IMG/VR virus record: IMGVR_UViG_3300008261_000027
Span: 32,001-96,000 of that record
DNA length: 64,000 nucleotides
From: a virus
Strand: one strand, 5' to 3'
The notes under the pieces: generated by a model
Databases searched by the model: none
Seen by the model: only the letters and a program-made list of their open reading frames with translations
What the model was told of the DNA's origin: nothing
Made by a program: the position numbers and the translations under genes
Shown here: positions 30,988 through 40,641 of the stretch, piece by piece
Layout: each line of letters opens with the position of its first letter
Numbering within the stretch: the stretch's first letter is position 1

Positions 30988-32194
30988 TATAGGTAAGTCA
31001 CACCTATTTTAGAGTTTAATGCTGGTGCTGAAGATAATGTAATTTCCGCTTGACCAGAAACGTTAAACCCAACACCCTCTTCCTCAACAAGACCATTGAT
31101 ATCTAACGAAACAACACTATCAATTGCGTTCATCGTTGTAAAAGCAAGAGTTGTCCCATTATAAACAAAGTTTTCTGTTGTAACTTGAACCGGTTTTCCG
31201 TAGTTATCTATAAAGACGCTATTTCTTCCCTTATAATAAGTTATAGTAATTATATCCCCCTCAAGTGGTGGTGTTGGGAATGTTATTTTTGATGTACCAG
31301 CAATATGGAAAAAGTCAATATCTCTCTCTTGCAACAAACCATTTATAGAAACATTAAACAAAATACCAATACTTTCACCAACACTAAACTGTGTCTGCAT
31401 ACCATCGGCAGTAAATGTTGCTACCGTTATATCAATTGTTTTATTAATATATTTTTTTTGATAATTTGTTCCTTTAGCAAACTCATTTAATAGGAAAAAT
31501 CTACTAACAGCGGGTTTTACCTCAAATTCTTCCTGATCAATTAAAAATCCTAACATAGTAAACGAATAGTTTTGAGAATAAAATCTACGTCCATCCAATT
31601 GATCTATTGGAGAATTATCTTCAACCTTATCCATAATAATTGGTACATAATGCCCCTTTACTATTGTGTACGCCTGTCTTGATGCAAATTTCTGAAGTAC
31701 AATTTTATTAAATCTATTTAATTCTCTAAGTTTAGTACAAACTATCGTCACGTCAAATGTAATGTCAACTGGTACAGGTTGTGGTATTTTATATATATCC
31801 GCCCCCATTTGTGTTCCGTTCCATGTTGCGACAGAAGCATAATGAAACTGTAATCTTTCGGGAATAGTTCTAATAATTGATGGATTTGTACCTGGTTGAA
31901 CATCCGGTCTCCTAATCACACCAACAAATGGAACCTGTAAATTACCATCAGAATCTGAAAATTCCCAAGTATTCATTATCTGAGCCCATCTTTGTATTGT
32001 CAATATTTTTGGTATTATTGGTATTTTATTACCATCAGATACCACAACAAAATTTTTCTTAAATCATCATGCAAAACAGAATCGGGAAGATAGGTATCTG
32101 ATTTTGTTATTTTTTCTAACAATTCCTGTCTTCTTTCAGTTAACTGTTTTCCTTTATAGATCTCTATATTGGTTTTTCTTTTAGGTATTGACAT
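30984..32194 (-). CDS. Tail completion/terminator protein (T4 gp15-like) with two C-terminal beta-rich repeats; frame broken near 32060
   Basis: PQPVPVDITFDVTIV..LRELNRFNKIVLQKF resembles gp15. ATG 32194 overlaps the upstream stop (TAATG) but that frame ends at 32015; the main body is in the -1 frame. Confidence 0.65.
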
Positions 32195-32796
32195 TATTTC
32201 TTAATATGATTATACATTATTTCTGATATATCCGTTATGTCTTTATAATTATTGTGTTTAAGTAGATTAATTATATGACTAATCATGTTTTTAAGGGTAC
32301 TCAACGGCATATTTTTATATGGTTTAACTAAACTGGATGAATTTAATTTTATTTTATCGCCGTATAATGATTGTATTTGTCTGACTTTTCTAATACCAAA
32401 TTCATCAGCAACATCTTCAACATCTTTTACAAATTTTGCGGCTTTATCTAGACTAATTTCACCAGTATATATTTTATACATCACATCAATACCATATTTT
32501 TTAAATTGATATTGATGGGCTATTTCATGAAAGAGAACAAATAAAAAAAATGAAAAATCGCTACGAAGTACATTATTATTAATTAACACTCTATCATGTA
32601 AAGAAACCCCCGCAGCCGGGTAATTGAAGTCCCTAAATTCAATTCTCTGGCAATTTGATTTTTTTATAAAATCTGAAATTGTTTCCATCGCATAAACAGA
32701 ATCGGGATATACCTCACTAACCTTACTCATAAAGTCATCGAGACCTACTTGTTCCATCAGTAAATTATATTGATTTTCTTTTACTAATATTTTCAT
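32194..32796 (-). CDS. Putative zinc metallopeptidase (HEXXH)
   Basis: VLFHEIAHQYQ followed by VEDVADEF; likely start ATG 32796 (MKILVKENQYNLLMEQ). Confidence 0.7.
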   Translation of the reverse strand: MKILVKENQYNLLMEQVGLDDFMSKVSEVYPDSVYAMETISDFIKKSNCQRIEFRDFNYPAAGVSLHDRVLINNNVLRSDFSFFLFVLFHEIAHQYQFKKYGIDVMYKIYTGEISLDKAAKFVKDVEDVADEFGIRKVRQIQSLYGDKIKLNSSSLVKPYKNMPLSTLKNMISHIINLLKHNNYKDITDISEIMYNHIKK

Positions 32797-32797
32797 T

Positions 32798-33310
32798 TTA
32801 TACCCCTCTAAATTCTTGATTTTGAGCAATAGCACAAGTTATTGTTCTGTAGTATGGTTTATGGCCAAATAAATTATGTTTATTATCAGACGTAACCTTA
32901 CCGTCATTAGTTACTGTATAGTATCTAACTTTATCCTCAGATTCTGGATATCCAATATAATCACCATAACTTATGTCAATACCTAATTCTTGTAAATGTT
33001 TCAAATAAACAGAAAGAGTTAGATTACCTGGCTCAAGGTATCTTAACATACCGCCCTTATAACCACTATTTTTAGGTTCCTCAATTTTAACCAAAGCATT
33101 AAACTCAATTGGTGGGAAATATTTAATCTCATCTAAGCCAACCTCACCATAAACATCGTCTTTATCGGTCTTTTGTCTATCAACACGATAAAGTACTAGT
33201 TTCATATTAATATCACCATGAAGGTATTCTTGACCAACATTTATTTGAAAATCAAAGTCTTCCTGAGAGAAAAATTTACTTAATCTACTTATTGGTAGTT
33301 TATTATCCAT
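32798..33310 (-). CDS. Neck / head-closure protein (T4 gp14-like)
   Basis: LVLYRVD..DDVYGE..PIEF..GDYI pattern; lies between gp13-like and gp15-like genes. Confidence 0.6.
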   Translation of the reverse strand: MDNKLPISRLSKFFSQEDFDFQINVGQEYLHGDINMKLVLYRVDRQKTDKDDVYGEVGLDEIKYFPPIEFNALVKIEEPKNSGYKGGMLRYLEPGNLTLSVYLKHLQELGIDISYGDYIGYPESEDKVRYYTVTNDGKVTSDNKHNLFGHKPYYRTITCAIAQNQEFRGV

Positions 33311-33360
33311 AACAATAAATAGTTTAATTTATGTTTGGATTTAGTTATATTATAGATAAT

Positions 33361-35112
33361 ATGGAAACTAAAATACCCGAAATAGTTGCGAAAGAAATAT
33401 TATTTTCATATTCTGGATCAAACAATCATTTGCTTGATTTAAAAAGAAAATTATTAGAAAACGACGTTTTTAACCTGACAAGGACTCAGGCTGATTATAT
33501 TATAAAATATGAAAAAACCATTCCTAAAGTAGCTAGGAAACACGTTAAGATATTTGAATCTTTTGCTGAAAAGTTAAGTCAAGAAAAATTCTTACCAAGA
33601 ATCCCAGAGGAAATTTGGGTTGAAAAGTTGCTTTGTGAAACAGATAAAGCATATCATATATGGGGTAAAGTTTTAGAACACGAAAAATTGCATTCTTTTT
33701 GGATACCAAAAATGGCTATTGTACAAGAAGAAAAAAAATTAAATCGCGAAATTGATTATTCTCCATACGATGTTAGACCACCAATGGAACACCAAAAAAC
33801 GGCAATTGAAAAACTATTGGCAAACGATAGATTTATTTTAGCTGATGATATGGGTCTTGGTAAAACTACTGCCGCGGTTATTGCTGCTTTGGAAAGTGGC
33901 GCAAAAAAAATATTAATTGTATGCCCAGCATCTTTAAAAATAAACTGGGAAAGAGAAATTAAAAACTATACAAATAGAAGGATATTATTAATTGAAGGTA
34001 AAAAATGGGGATCAACGTTCGATTTTTATATCATCAATTATGATATTCTAAAAAACTTTCATACTACAGATAAATCTGAAGATAGTGAGGCATATAAATT
34101 AATAACAAATGAAAATTTTGATTTAGCCATAGTTGATGAAGCTCACTATATATCAAACTCAACCGCTCAAAGAACAAAGTTATTAAACGATATTCTAGAT
34201 AAAATACCAAAGGTTTGGTTATTAACCGGAACACCAATGACATCTAGACCAATTAACTATTATAATTTATTGAATATTGTTGGTTCTCCATTGGCATTAA
34301 ATTGGCAAAGTTATGTTAGAAGATATTGCGCTGGTTATCAATTTAAAGTAGGTACAAGAAAAGTTTGGAATACGAGTGGCGCATCTAATCTAGATGAATT
34401 AAGGGAAAAAACTAAAAATCTTGTTTTAAGAAGAATGAAAACGGATATATTAGATTTACCCGAAAAAATCATATCTCCGGTTTATCTTGAGTTAAAAAAT
34501 ACTTTTTATGATGATGAATTGGAAGATTTTATGAGGATAACCAAAGAAAACAGGCAAAATGAAAGTATTAGTGTTACTTTAAATAGATTGATGAAAATTA
34601 GACAATTAATCGCTATTGAAAAGGTTCCATACACTTGTGAGTTAATTGACAAATTCATTGAACAAGATAAGAAAGTAATTGTTTTTACTAATTTCACTGC
34701 AACGCTTGATGAAATTCATCAAAAATATAAAAAGAATTCAGTTGTATTAGATGGTAGAATGAGTAAAGAAAAAAGACAAGAAAGTGTTGACAAGTTTCAA
34801 AATAACGATAAAGTAAAAGTTTTTATTTCAAATATAATTGCAGGTGGTGTCGGAATTACGTTAACTGCAGCAGAAACTGTTATAATGAACGATCTTTCAT
34901 TCGTCCCGGCCCATCATTCCCAAGCCGAAGATAGAGCATATCGTTATGGTCAAAAAAACAGCGTGCTTGTGTATTATCCTGTTTTTGAAAATACTATAGA
35001 AATGCAAATTTATAATATTTTACAAAAGAAAAAAGGAATTATCGACCAAGTTATGGGGGATGGAGAATTCGGAGATACCTTTGCTAAAGAATTACTGAAA
35101 GATTTGTTCTAA
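33361..35112 (+). CDS. SNF2-family helicase/translocase
   Basis: LADDMGLGKT, IVCPASLKINW, DEAH, LTGTP, LRRMK, GGVGITLTAA, QAEDRAYRYGQ; likely start ATG 33361. Confidence 0.93.
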   Translation: METKIPEIVAKEILFSYSGSNNHLLDLKRKLLENDVFNLTRTQADYIIKYEKTIPKVARKHVKIFESFAEKLSQEKFLPRIPEEIWVEKLLCETDKAYHIWGKVLEHEKLHSFWIPKMAIVQEEKKLNREIDYSPYDVRPPMEHQKTAIEKLLANDRFILADDMGLGKTTAAVIAALESGAKKILIVCPASLKINWEREIKNYTNRRILLIEGKKWGSTFDFYIINYDILKNFHTTDKSEDSEAYKLITNENFDLAIVDEAHYISNSTAQRTKLLNDILDKIPKVWLLTGTPMTSRPINYYNLLNIVGSPLALNWQSYVRRYCAGYQFKVGTRKVWNTSGASNLDELREKTKNLVLRRMKTDILDLPEKIISPVYLELKNTFYDDELEDFMRITKENRQNESISVTLNRLMKIRQLIAIEKVPYTCELIDKFIEQDKKVIVFTNFTATLDEIHQKYKKNSVVLDGRMSKEKRQESVDKFQNNDKVKVFISNIIAGGVGITLTAAETVIMNDLSFVPAHHSQAEDRAYRYGQKNSVLVYYPVFENTIEMQIYNILQKKKGIIDQVMGDGEFGDTFAKELLKDLF

Positions 35113-35143
35113 TTTATGTATTTATTATATAAAGAAGAATTTA

Positions 35144-36256
35144 ATGAGTACAGTAATTAGTGCTACGGAAAAAGACAAACTATATACCCAAGTTTTACAT
35201 TTGCTTGGAATGCCCATTAGAGGCGTTGAATTGACTGAAGAACAAATGGATTCGTTTGTTGAAATGTCTATTAATGAATACGAACAATTAGTTAATGATT
35301 GGTTAATAGAGTCACAATGGTCAGCTCTTGTTGGTTTGGATGTAGATACTCAATCTTTAAGTAGGGCTTTTACAACTAGAAGTTTAGATTACGAAACACA
35401 ATACTCACATGCATATTCTAAAATCGTTGGTTTACAAGCTGGAGGTAACTGGGAATTAAAAAAGGACTACATAACACTTAGCGGAGGTACTCAAATGTAT
35501 CAAGTACCCGCTGGAAGAGAAATAAACGAACTTCTTTGGTTTACTAGAGCTGAATTAACAGACTCTATTGTAGATCCATTTATAGGTGGATTTGGTGGCT
35601 TAGGCGGTGTTGGATTTGGTGGTGTTGGTGGTTTTGCACAGGTCGGTGCTTCCGGCTCATATTTTATGTTACCGGCATTTGACCTTTTATTAAGAATGCA
35701 AGATAGAAATATTAAAAACCGTTTAATTGGTGGTGATTTAACATATAGAATAACAGCGGGCCCTAACGGAACAAAATACATTCACTTAGCAAATGTTCCT
35801 GGTGGTAAATTTGATTTTGGTTCAATTCAAAGTAATACTAGAGTTTGGTATTGGTACTATGACACAATGGATAGAGATACATGCTTAGATGAAAACAAAG
35901 ACGTTGTAAAACTACCTTCTGATGTTATGACAGAACAACTTACTTGGGACGAATTAAATCGACCAGCCCAAAACTGGGTTAGAAAATATTTGACAAGTTA
36001 CTGTAAAGAAACTCTGGGTAGAATTTATGGTAAATTCTCTGGTGATTTAAAAGTTCCCGATAGTGATGTTAAATTAGACTATACTTCATTATTAACCGAA
36101 GCAAAAGACGAAAGATTAAAACTGAACGAAGAATTAATGTTACGATTAGAAAGACTTCGTCCAGATAAAATGCTTGAGAGAAAGGGTAGTGAAGCAGAGA
36201 ATTTAAACAAGGCTCTAAAATATAGAGCCATGCCAAATCCTTTTAATGTTATTTAA
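35144..36256 (+). CDS. Neck / head-tail adaptor protein (T4 gp13-like)
   Basis: LGMPIRGVELTEEQMD and WVRKY..KETLGRIYGKF resemble gp13; TATTTATT upstream. Confidence 0.75.
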   Translation: MSTVISATEKDKLYTQVLHLLGMPIRGVELTEEQMDSFVEMSINEYEQLVNDWLIESQWSALVGLDVDTQSLSRAFTTRSLDYETQYSHAYSKIVGLQAGGNWELKKDYITLSGGTQMYQVPAGREINELLWFTRAELTDSIVDPFIGGFGGLGGVGFGGVGGFAQVGASGSYFMLPAFDLLLRMQDRNIKNRLIGGDLTYRITAGPNGTKYIHLANVPGGKFDFGSIQSNTRVWYWYYDTMDRDTCLDENKDVVKLPSDVMTEQLTWDELNRPAQNWVRKYLTSYCKETLGRIYGKFSGDLKVPDSDVKLDYTSLLTEAKDERLKLNEELMLRLERLRPDKMLERKGSEAENLNKALKYRAMPNPFNVI

Positions 36257-39162
36257 TCTACCGGTATTGATGCATGAAATGCATAATCGTGTGCATTTCT
36301 TTCGATAGTGTCATCATCATCCACAGTATCCTTAACACTTTTTTCCTGGAATTTGACAACCTTTCGATTGTATTCAACCCAACTTTGGTCAACATGTTCG
36401 ATACTGTCTTCAACATACATAAAGAACGGATCTTTATTAATTTTATTCCAAAAAATAACCTCACCGTCTGATAATGTCATAACTTCATCTAGGCTATCCT
36501 GCCCCTCAGCCTTTAGAGGATACCCTGAAACCAACTCACATTGTTTTTTTGTGAAATAAACTCTGTCTTTTGGATCTTCAATTAAAATATCTTCTCTAAT
36601 TTCAGGATTAAAAACAACAAGAAGAGGTTCTATTCTTTTATTAAAAATACTAATATATCTAGAAGCATTATAATCTCCAGTCATATTTGGATTATCCATC
36701 AATTCTTTTTCAGTAATCATAAAAGAATTTATTTGAATGTATCCTGCTGGCATAGGTCTACCATATTCTTCCAAAAACTTCTCGTTTTGTTTTTTTGTTG
36801 GCTTTGTTACTTTTTGAACATCTCCATCAGTTTTTTTCTCACCATTATTAACATAATAGATTGTTTCGCCAAGTGTTGCTGGATAGTTATTTTTTAAAAC
36901 CAATTCCATGTGTGCTTGCCTTGACATAGTCGCCCCAGACTTAGTAGTCTTCTGACAATGTTTTCTATATTCTTCAACACTTTGTTTAACTCTCGCTTTA
37001 TTTGCTATTTTCTCTAATGGCATTTGTTTGTTGTAGATTTTTTCAATCGTATCATAATATAGATTTAGAAATTCTACACCATCACCATTAAGCAAATGAG
37101 TTAAACCCTCATCTAAAAAGTCAACAACATATGATTGTAACTTTTTTGATTTAATTGTATTCCCGGTTAGTTTAATTTTTTCTTTACCCTTTTTTATAAG
37201 CTTAATGATATAATTTTTTCTAGATATGTTAATACATGCGGGTGCTGTATAATCAATATCTAAACCCATCTCATTCCTCATAAAAATATCATTAAACTCT
37301 GCCGTATCAGCTTCAACACCAGAATACTCTTTACCAGATTCAACCATTTCATTATTACCAACACCGATATATTTGTGTGTTTCTATATCAGAAGGCATTT
37401 CAAAGTTTACGCCGTCCGTATCCATTACAAGAGGTTTATATCCTTTCTTCATAAAGAACATAATCATCATGCGTAAACATTGTCTTCCGGTACATGTAAT
37501 GGTTTCGCCCATATTCATATCAGCCCATGGAAATACTTGTGGCGCTGATAATGATCCAAAATATGCGTTAATAAAAATCTTAATTGGTAATTGTTTACGA
37601 TCGTACATTTCAGATTGTTGTGGATCTTTATCCTTTAACTCACCAGCCAATCTTTTATATAGAATACGAACATTTCTAAAATATTTTAACATTGATTTTT
37701 GAACACCCATGATATCACAATCTGGAAACACATCATAAACAAGTTGGATTGATGGATATAGTGAAGCGTAGTCAAACTTAACAATGTTTTTAGAGTAACC
37801 AACATTTAACAAACGAGACAATCCACCAGTTATTGATCTTTTTTCATCCTTTAATGGTATTGCAAGATTATTTTCATAACTCCATGCTAACATTAATACT
37901 TTCCAAAGAGTTGCGGTACCCATTGTTGCAATTCTTTCATATGTTGTTGGGATAACTTTTGATAACAAAAATGTTGATTGTGAGAAAGAATCATCAACAA
38001 TCATTGTTTCATACAAGTCGTCGTCAAGATATTGTTCAACAATTTTTCTACCGGGCCATATTTCAAACTTTCCTGGATACTTTTCTAAAAGACCTTCAGT
38101 ACCGGGCTCGCCAATTTTCTTATAGTTACCTGTTTTGGGATTAACGTAGTGACTTTCATTATCAAGATATATTTTTGATATGAACGCACCATCAACATAA
38201 ACACGATTTGATTTTTCTTTTTCCAAATATTTTGTAATATACTTCAAACCCCAAGATTTAATCTCAGAGTTAATAGCCTGTGCTCGTCTAACAGCATGAG
38301 CAATATCGATAGTGCTAAATCCCCACATAACATATTGTGTATATGGTTCAACTTCATTAGCTAATTTCAAACTACCTTCTTTTACTTTTATTGGTTGGTT
38401 ATTAAAAATTTTAGTTAATTCCCTAACATCAACACCAAGTATTTCAGCTCTTTTTAAAATAAAAGGTAAGTCAAAAGCAGCTGAGTTATATCCACCAATA
38501 ATTGTAGGCTTTAGTTCTTTAATAATCTCAAAAAACTGTATAATACATTCTTTTTCACCATCTTCGCCAAAAGCATTTAAAAGTTTTCTATAACCTCGAT
38601 TATCTTTAAGACCAATCAAAATTATTTTTTCTTTTTCTGGGTCTAAACCAGTTGTCTCAATATCATATACCAATCTGTGTATATCTGAATAATCCTCAAA
38701 ACCTTTAAACAATCTTTTACCTTTTTGAATCAAGTATTGTTCTGCAATAGATAATATTTGAAACTGAGATTTAAATTTATCACCCCAAGGGTCTATACCA
38801 CCTTCCTTAAAAAAAGAAATTAATTCGCGATATCCCTTTATACTCTTAACTAGATATTTTAATCCAGCTTCTAGTCTTTCATTACCACCGGTCTCCAGTT
38901 TTACTGAAACTATACCATATTCGGTCATTTTCTTTTTTTGTAGAGACTTACTACCGCCATAAAAATTAAAGTCTGTTAAGTCCCCAGCCCACAAAAACGG
39001 TACAAATGTATCTTCAATAAAATACTTTCCGTGTTCTGGGTCTTGAATAATCTTAAAAATTGTGTTTGATTTGTAATCGTATTCAATACCTACGATATAC
39101 TTTTCTGGATCTGAACCATTTAGGAAGTTTTCTATAACTTCCTGAGAAATAACCTCTTGCAT
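36253..39162 (-). CDS. DNA polymerase family B with 3'-5' exonuclease
   Basis: DIETTG, GYNSAAFDLPF, DYASLYPS, KIFINAYFG, MDTDG, KNY. Confidence 0.95.
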   Translation of the reverse strand: MQEVISQEVIENFLNGSDPEKYIVGIEYDYKSNTIFKIIQDPEHGKYFIEDTFVPFLWAGDLTDFNFYGGSKSLQKKKMTEYGIVSVKLETGGNERLEAGLKYLVKSIKGYRELISFFKEGGIDPWGDKFKSQFQILSIAEQYLIQKGKRLFKGFEDYSDIHRLVYDIETTGLDPEKEKIILIGLKDNRGYRKLLNAFGEDGEKECIIQFFEIIKELKPTIIGGYNSAAFDLPFILKRAEILGVDVRELTKIFNNQPIKVKEGSLKLANEVEPYTQYVMWGFSTIDIAHAVRRAQAINSEIKSWGLKYITKYLEKEKSNRVYVDGAFISKIYLDNESHYVNPKTGNYKKIGEPGTEGLLEKYPGKFEIWPGRKIVEQYLDDDLYETMIVDDSFSQSTFLLSKVIPTTYERIATMGTATLWKVLMLAWSYENNLAIPLKDEKRSITGGLSRLLNVGYSKNIVKFDYASLYPSIQLVYDVFPDCDIMGVQKSMLKYFRNVRILYKRLAGELKDKDPQQSEMYDRKQLPIKIFINAYFGSLSAPQVFPWADMNMGETITCTGRQCLRMMIMFFMKKGYKPLVMDTDGVNFEMPSDIETHKYIGVGNNEMVESGKEYSGVEADTAEFNDIFMRNEMGLDIDYTAPACINISRKNYIIKLIKKGKEKIKLTGNTIKSKKLQSYVVDFLDEGLTHLLNGDGVEFLNLYYDTIEKIYNKQMPLEKIANKARVKQSVEEYRKHCQKTTKSGATMSRQAHMELVLKNNYPATLGETIYYVNNGEKKTDGDVQKVTKPTKKQNEKFLEEYGRPMPAGYIQINSFMITEKELMDNPNMTGDYNASRYISIFNKRIEPLLVVFNPEIREDILIEDPKDRVYFTKKQCELVSGYPLKAEGQDSLDEVMTLSDGEVIFWNKINKDPFFMYVEDSIEHVDQSWVEYNRKVVKFQEKSVKDTVDDDDTIERNAHDYAFHASIPVD

Positions 39163-39192
39163 GTTTTTACTGTTTAAATTGACACATTAGCT

Positions 39193-39208
39193 TACCAGCA
39201 AGCTGGTA
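39193..39208 (-). promoter_or_regulatory. Leader hairpin upstream of DNA polymerase
   Basis: Minus strand UACCAG-CUUG-CUGGUA, about 30 nt before the ATG, no U-tract. Confidence 0.45.
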
Positions 39209-39256
39209 GTTAGCCTTTACTCAGTAAAAATAAGAAATTTTATGGAAATAAAAAAA

Positions 39257-39625
39257 TTAAATAATATTGATATATAACTTTTCTTTTATTGGTAGAATAA
39301 GTTTTGTTGTTGGATTTGAATTAGTATCTAAAAATTGTACAATAACCTTACCCTCATATTTTCCAGATATTTGAGTTTGAGCCTCAGTAAATCTATATGT
39401 TATATAATATTCTAATGTTGTTTGATCATATTTTTTAGTTCTTGTCGTTAACAAACATTCACCATTTAAAATATGAGGTTCCCCTGTTTTGTGATCATAC
39501 ATTTCAAAGGTTATATCAGAATTTTCCAATAAATCATTAAACGAGGATTTATCGTTTTTTGCATCATCGATTAATTTCATTTTTAATATTGGGTCTGATG
39601 CCCCCTGTCTAATGTAAAATTCCAT
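39257..39625 (-). CDS. Putative virion structural protein (BppU-like beta sandwich)
   Basis: FYIRQG..ITFEM..YRFT...GKYEG pattern; TATTTATA 4 nt before ATG. Confidence 0.55.
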   Translation of the reverse strand: MEFYIRQGASDPILKMKLIDDAKNDKSSFNDLLENSDITFEMYDHKTGEPHILNGECLLTTRTKKYDQTTLEYYITYRFTEAQTQISGKYEGKVIVQFLDTNSNPTTKLILPIKEKLYINII

Positions 39626-39637
39626 ATTTTATAAATA

Positions 39638-40627
39638 TTATGTTAATCTAATCATTACAAAACTACCACTTCTATAAAGACCCTGTAATGGGACACCCGC
39701 TGCGGAGGCTTCAATATCGTTGTTAAAACTTGACGTCACTTGTGATAATATAGTAAACCCATCTACTTTTAATTCGTCTTGAAGTTTAACACTACCACTA
39801 AACTCATATAGATAACCAGGTGTAACAGAGTTTGTGTTAAAAGAAATTTCACTACCAGTATGAACCGTTATTTGTGGATTCTCCCAACTATTATTTGCAA
39901 ATAATTTTAATTCAGCTGGATGAGACGCTCCACCAACAGTTCCAACATATAAATCTTTACCAACATTTAGCAAATACGCATCATTTTCATACCCAACATA
40001 TCCACCATTGTATGTACTTGAGTTAATACCCAGATTAACAAAATGAACAGTTTCATTTCCATTATCGGCTGTAACAACAATGTCACCACTCGCCAAACTA
40101 CTAGAATTAGTGTTTGTAATATTAACTTGAGCGTAATATTCGTTATTAGCTTCAAAATGCGCAATATTAAAACTACCTGAATTTTTTACATGTAATTTTG
40201 GTGTATTTGGACCATTAGTTATTACGGGTTCCCCAATAACAACAGATCCAGAAATATACATACCTTCATTATTCCATATTCCATTAGTTATAATACTACC
40301 AGATACTCGTAAAGATCCTGTAAATCCATGGATATCATCTGAACTATTACCAAAATTAGATGAACCACTTATAGTTTCTGTAGTGATATTTGTTATTGAT
40401 GAACTTAAAATATATTGTTGTGCCGTAATTGACCCACTAATTGTTAAGTTACCATTTATAACTTGACTTCCTGTGAATACATGTGACCCACTATCAACAA
40501 GCTTCTGTCTTAAATTTGACAAACTATGTTGGTACGTTATTCCTGAATAAACAACGGCTGTTAATCCACTTAAAGGTAAGTTTGATAAGGAACCGCTTGA
40601 TAATTGTGATATTTTTTTTCCTGCCAT
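39638..40627 (-). CDS. Putative tail fibre / fibre-associated protein
   Basis: KKISQL N-terminus; repeated SGS and FTGS units (HVFTGSQVING, HGFTGSLRVSGS) typical of beta-rich fibres. Confidence 0.6.
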   Translation of the reverse strand: MAGKKISQLSSGSLSNLPLSGLTAVVYSGITYQHSLSNLRQKLVDSGSHVFTGSQVINGNLTISGSITAQQYILSSSITNITTETISGSSNFGNSSDDIHGFTGSLRVSGSIITNGIWNNEGMYISGSVVIGEPVITNGPNTPKLHVKNSGSFNIAHFEANNEYYAQVNITNTNSSSLASGDIVVTADNGNETVHFVNLGINSSTYNGGYVGYENDAYLLNVGKDLYVGTVGGASHPAELKLFANNSWENPQITVHTGSEISFNTNSVTPGYLYEFSGSVKLQDELKVDGFTILSQVTSSFNNDIEASAAGVPLQGLYRSGSFVMIRLT

Positions 40628-40641
40628 TTATATAAATATTT

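Noticed and set aside
32040-32070. Canonical -1 programmed frameshift in the gp15-like gene
   Set aside because: No in-frame X XXY YYZ heptamer or obvious stimulator; kept only as an unexplained frame break
3569-39162. Inteins or self-splicing introns in nrdA, helicase, uvsX or polymerase
   Set aside because: Lengths are ordinary, frames are continuous, and no splice-junction or homing-endonuclease motifs were seen
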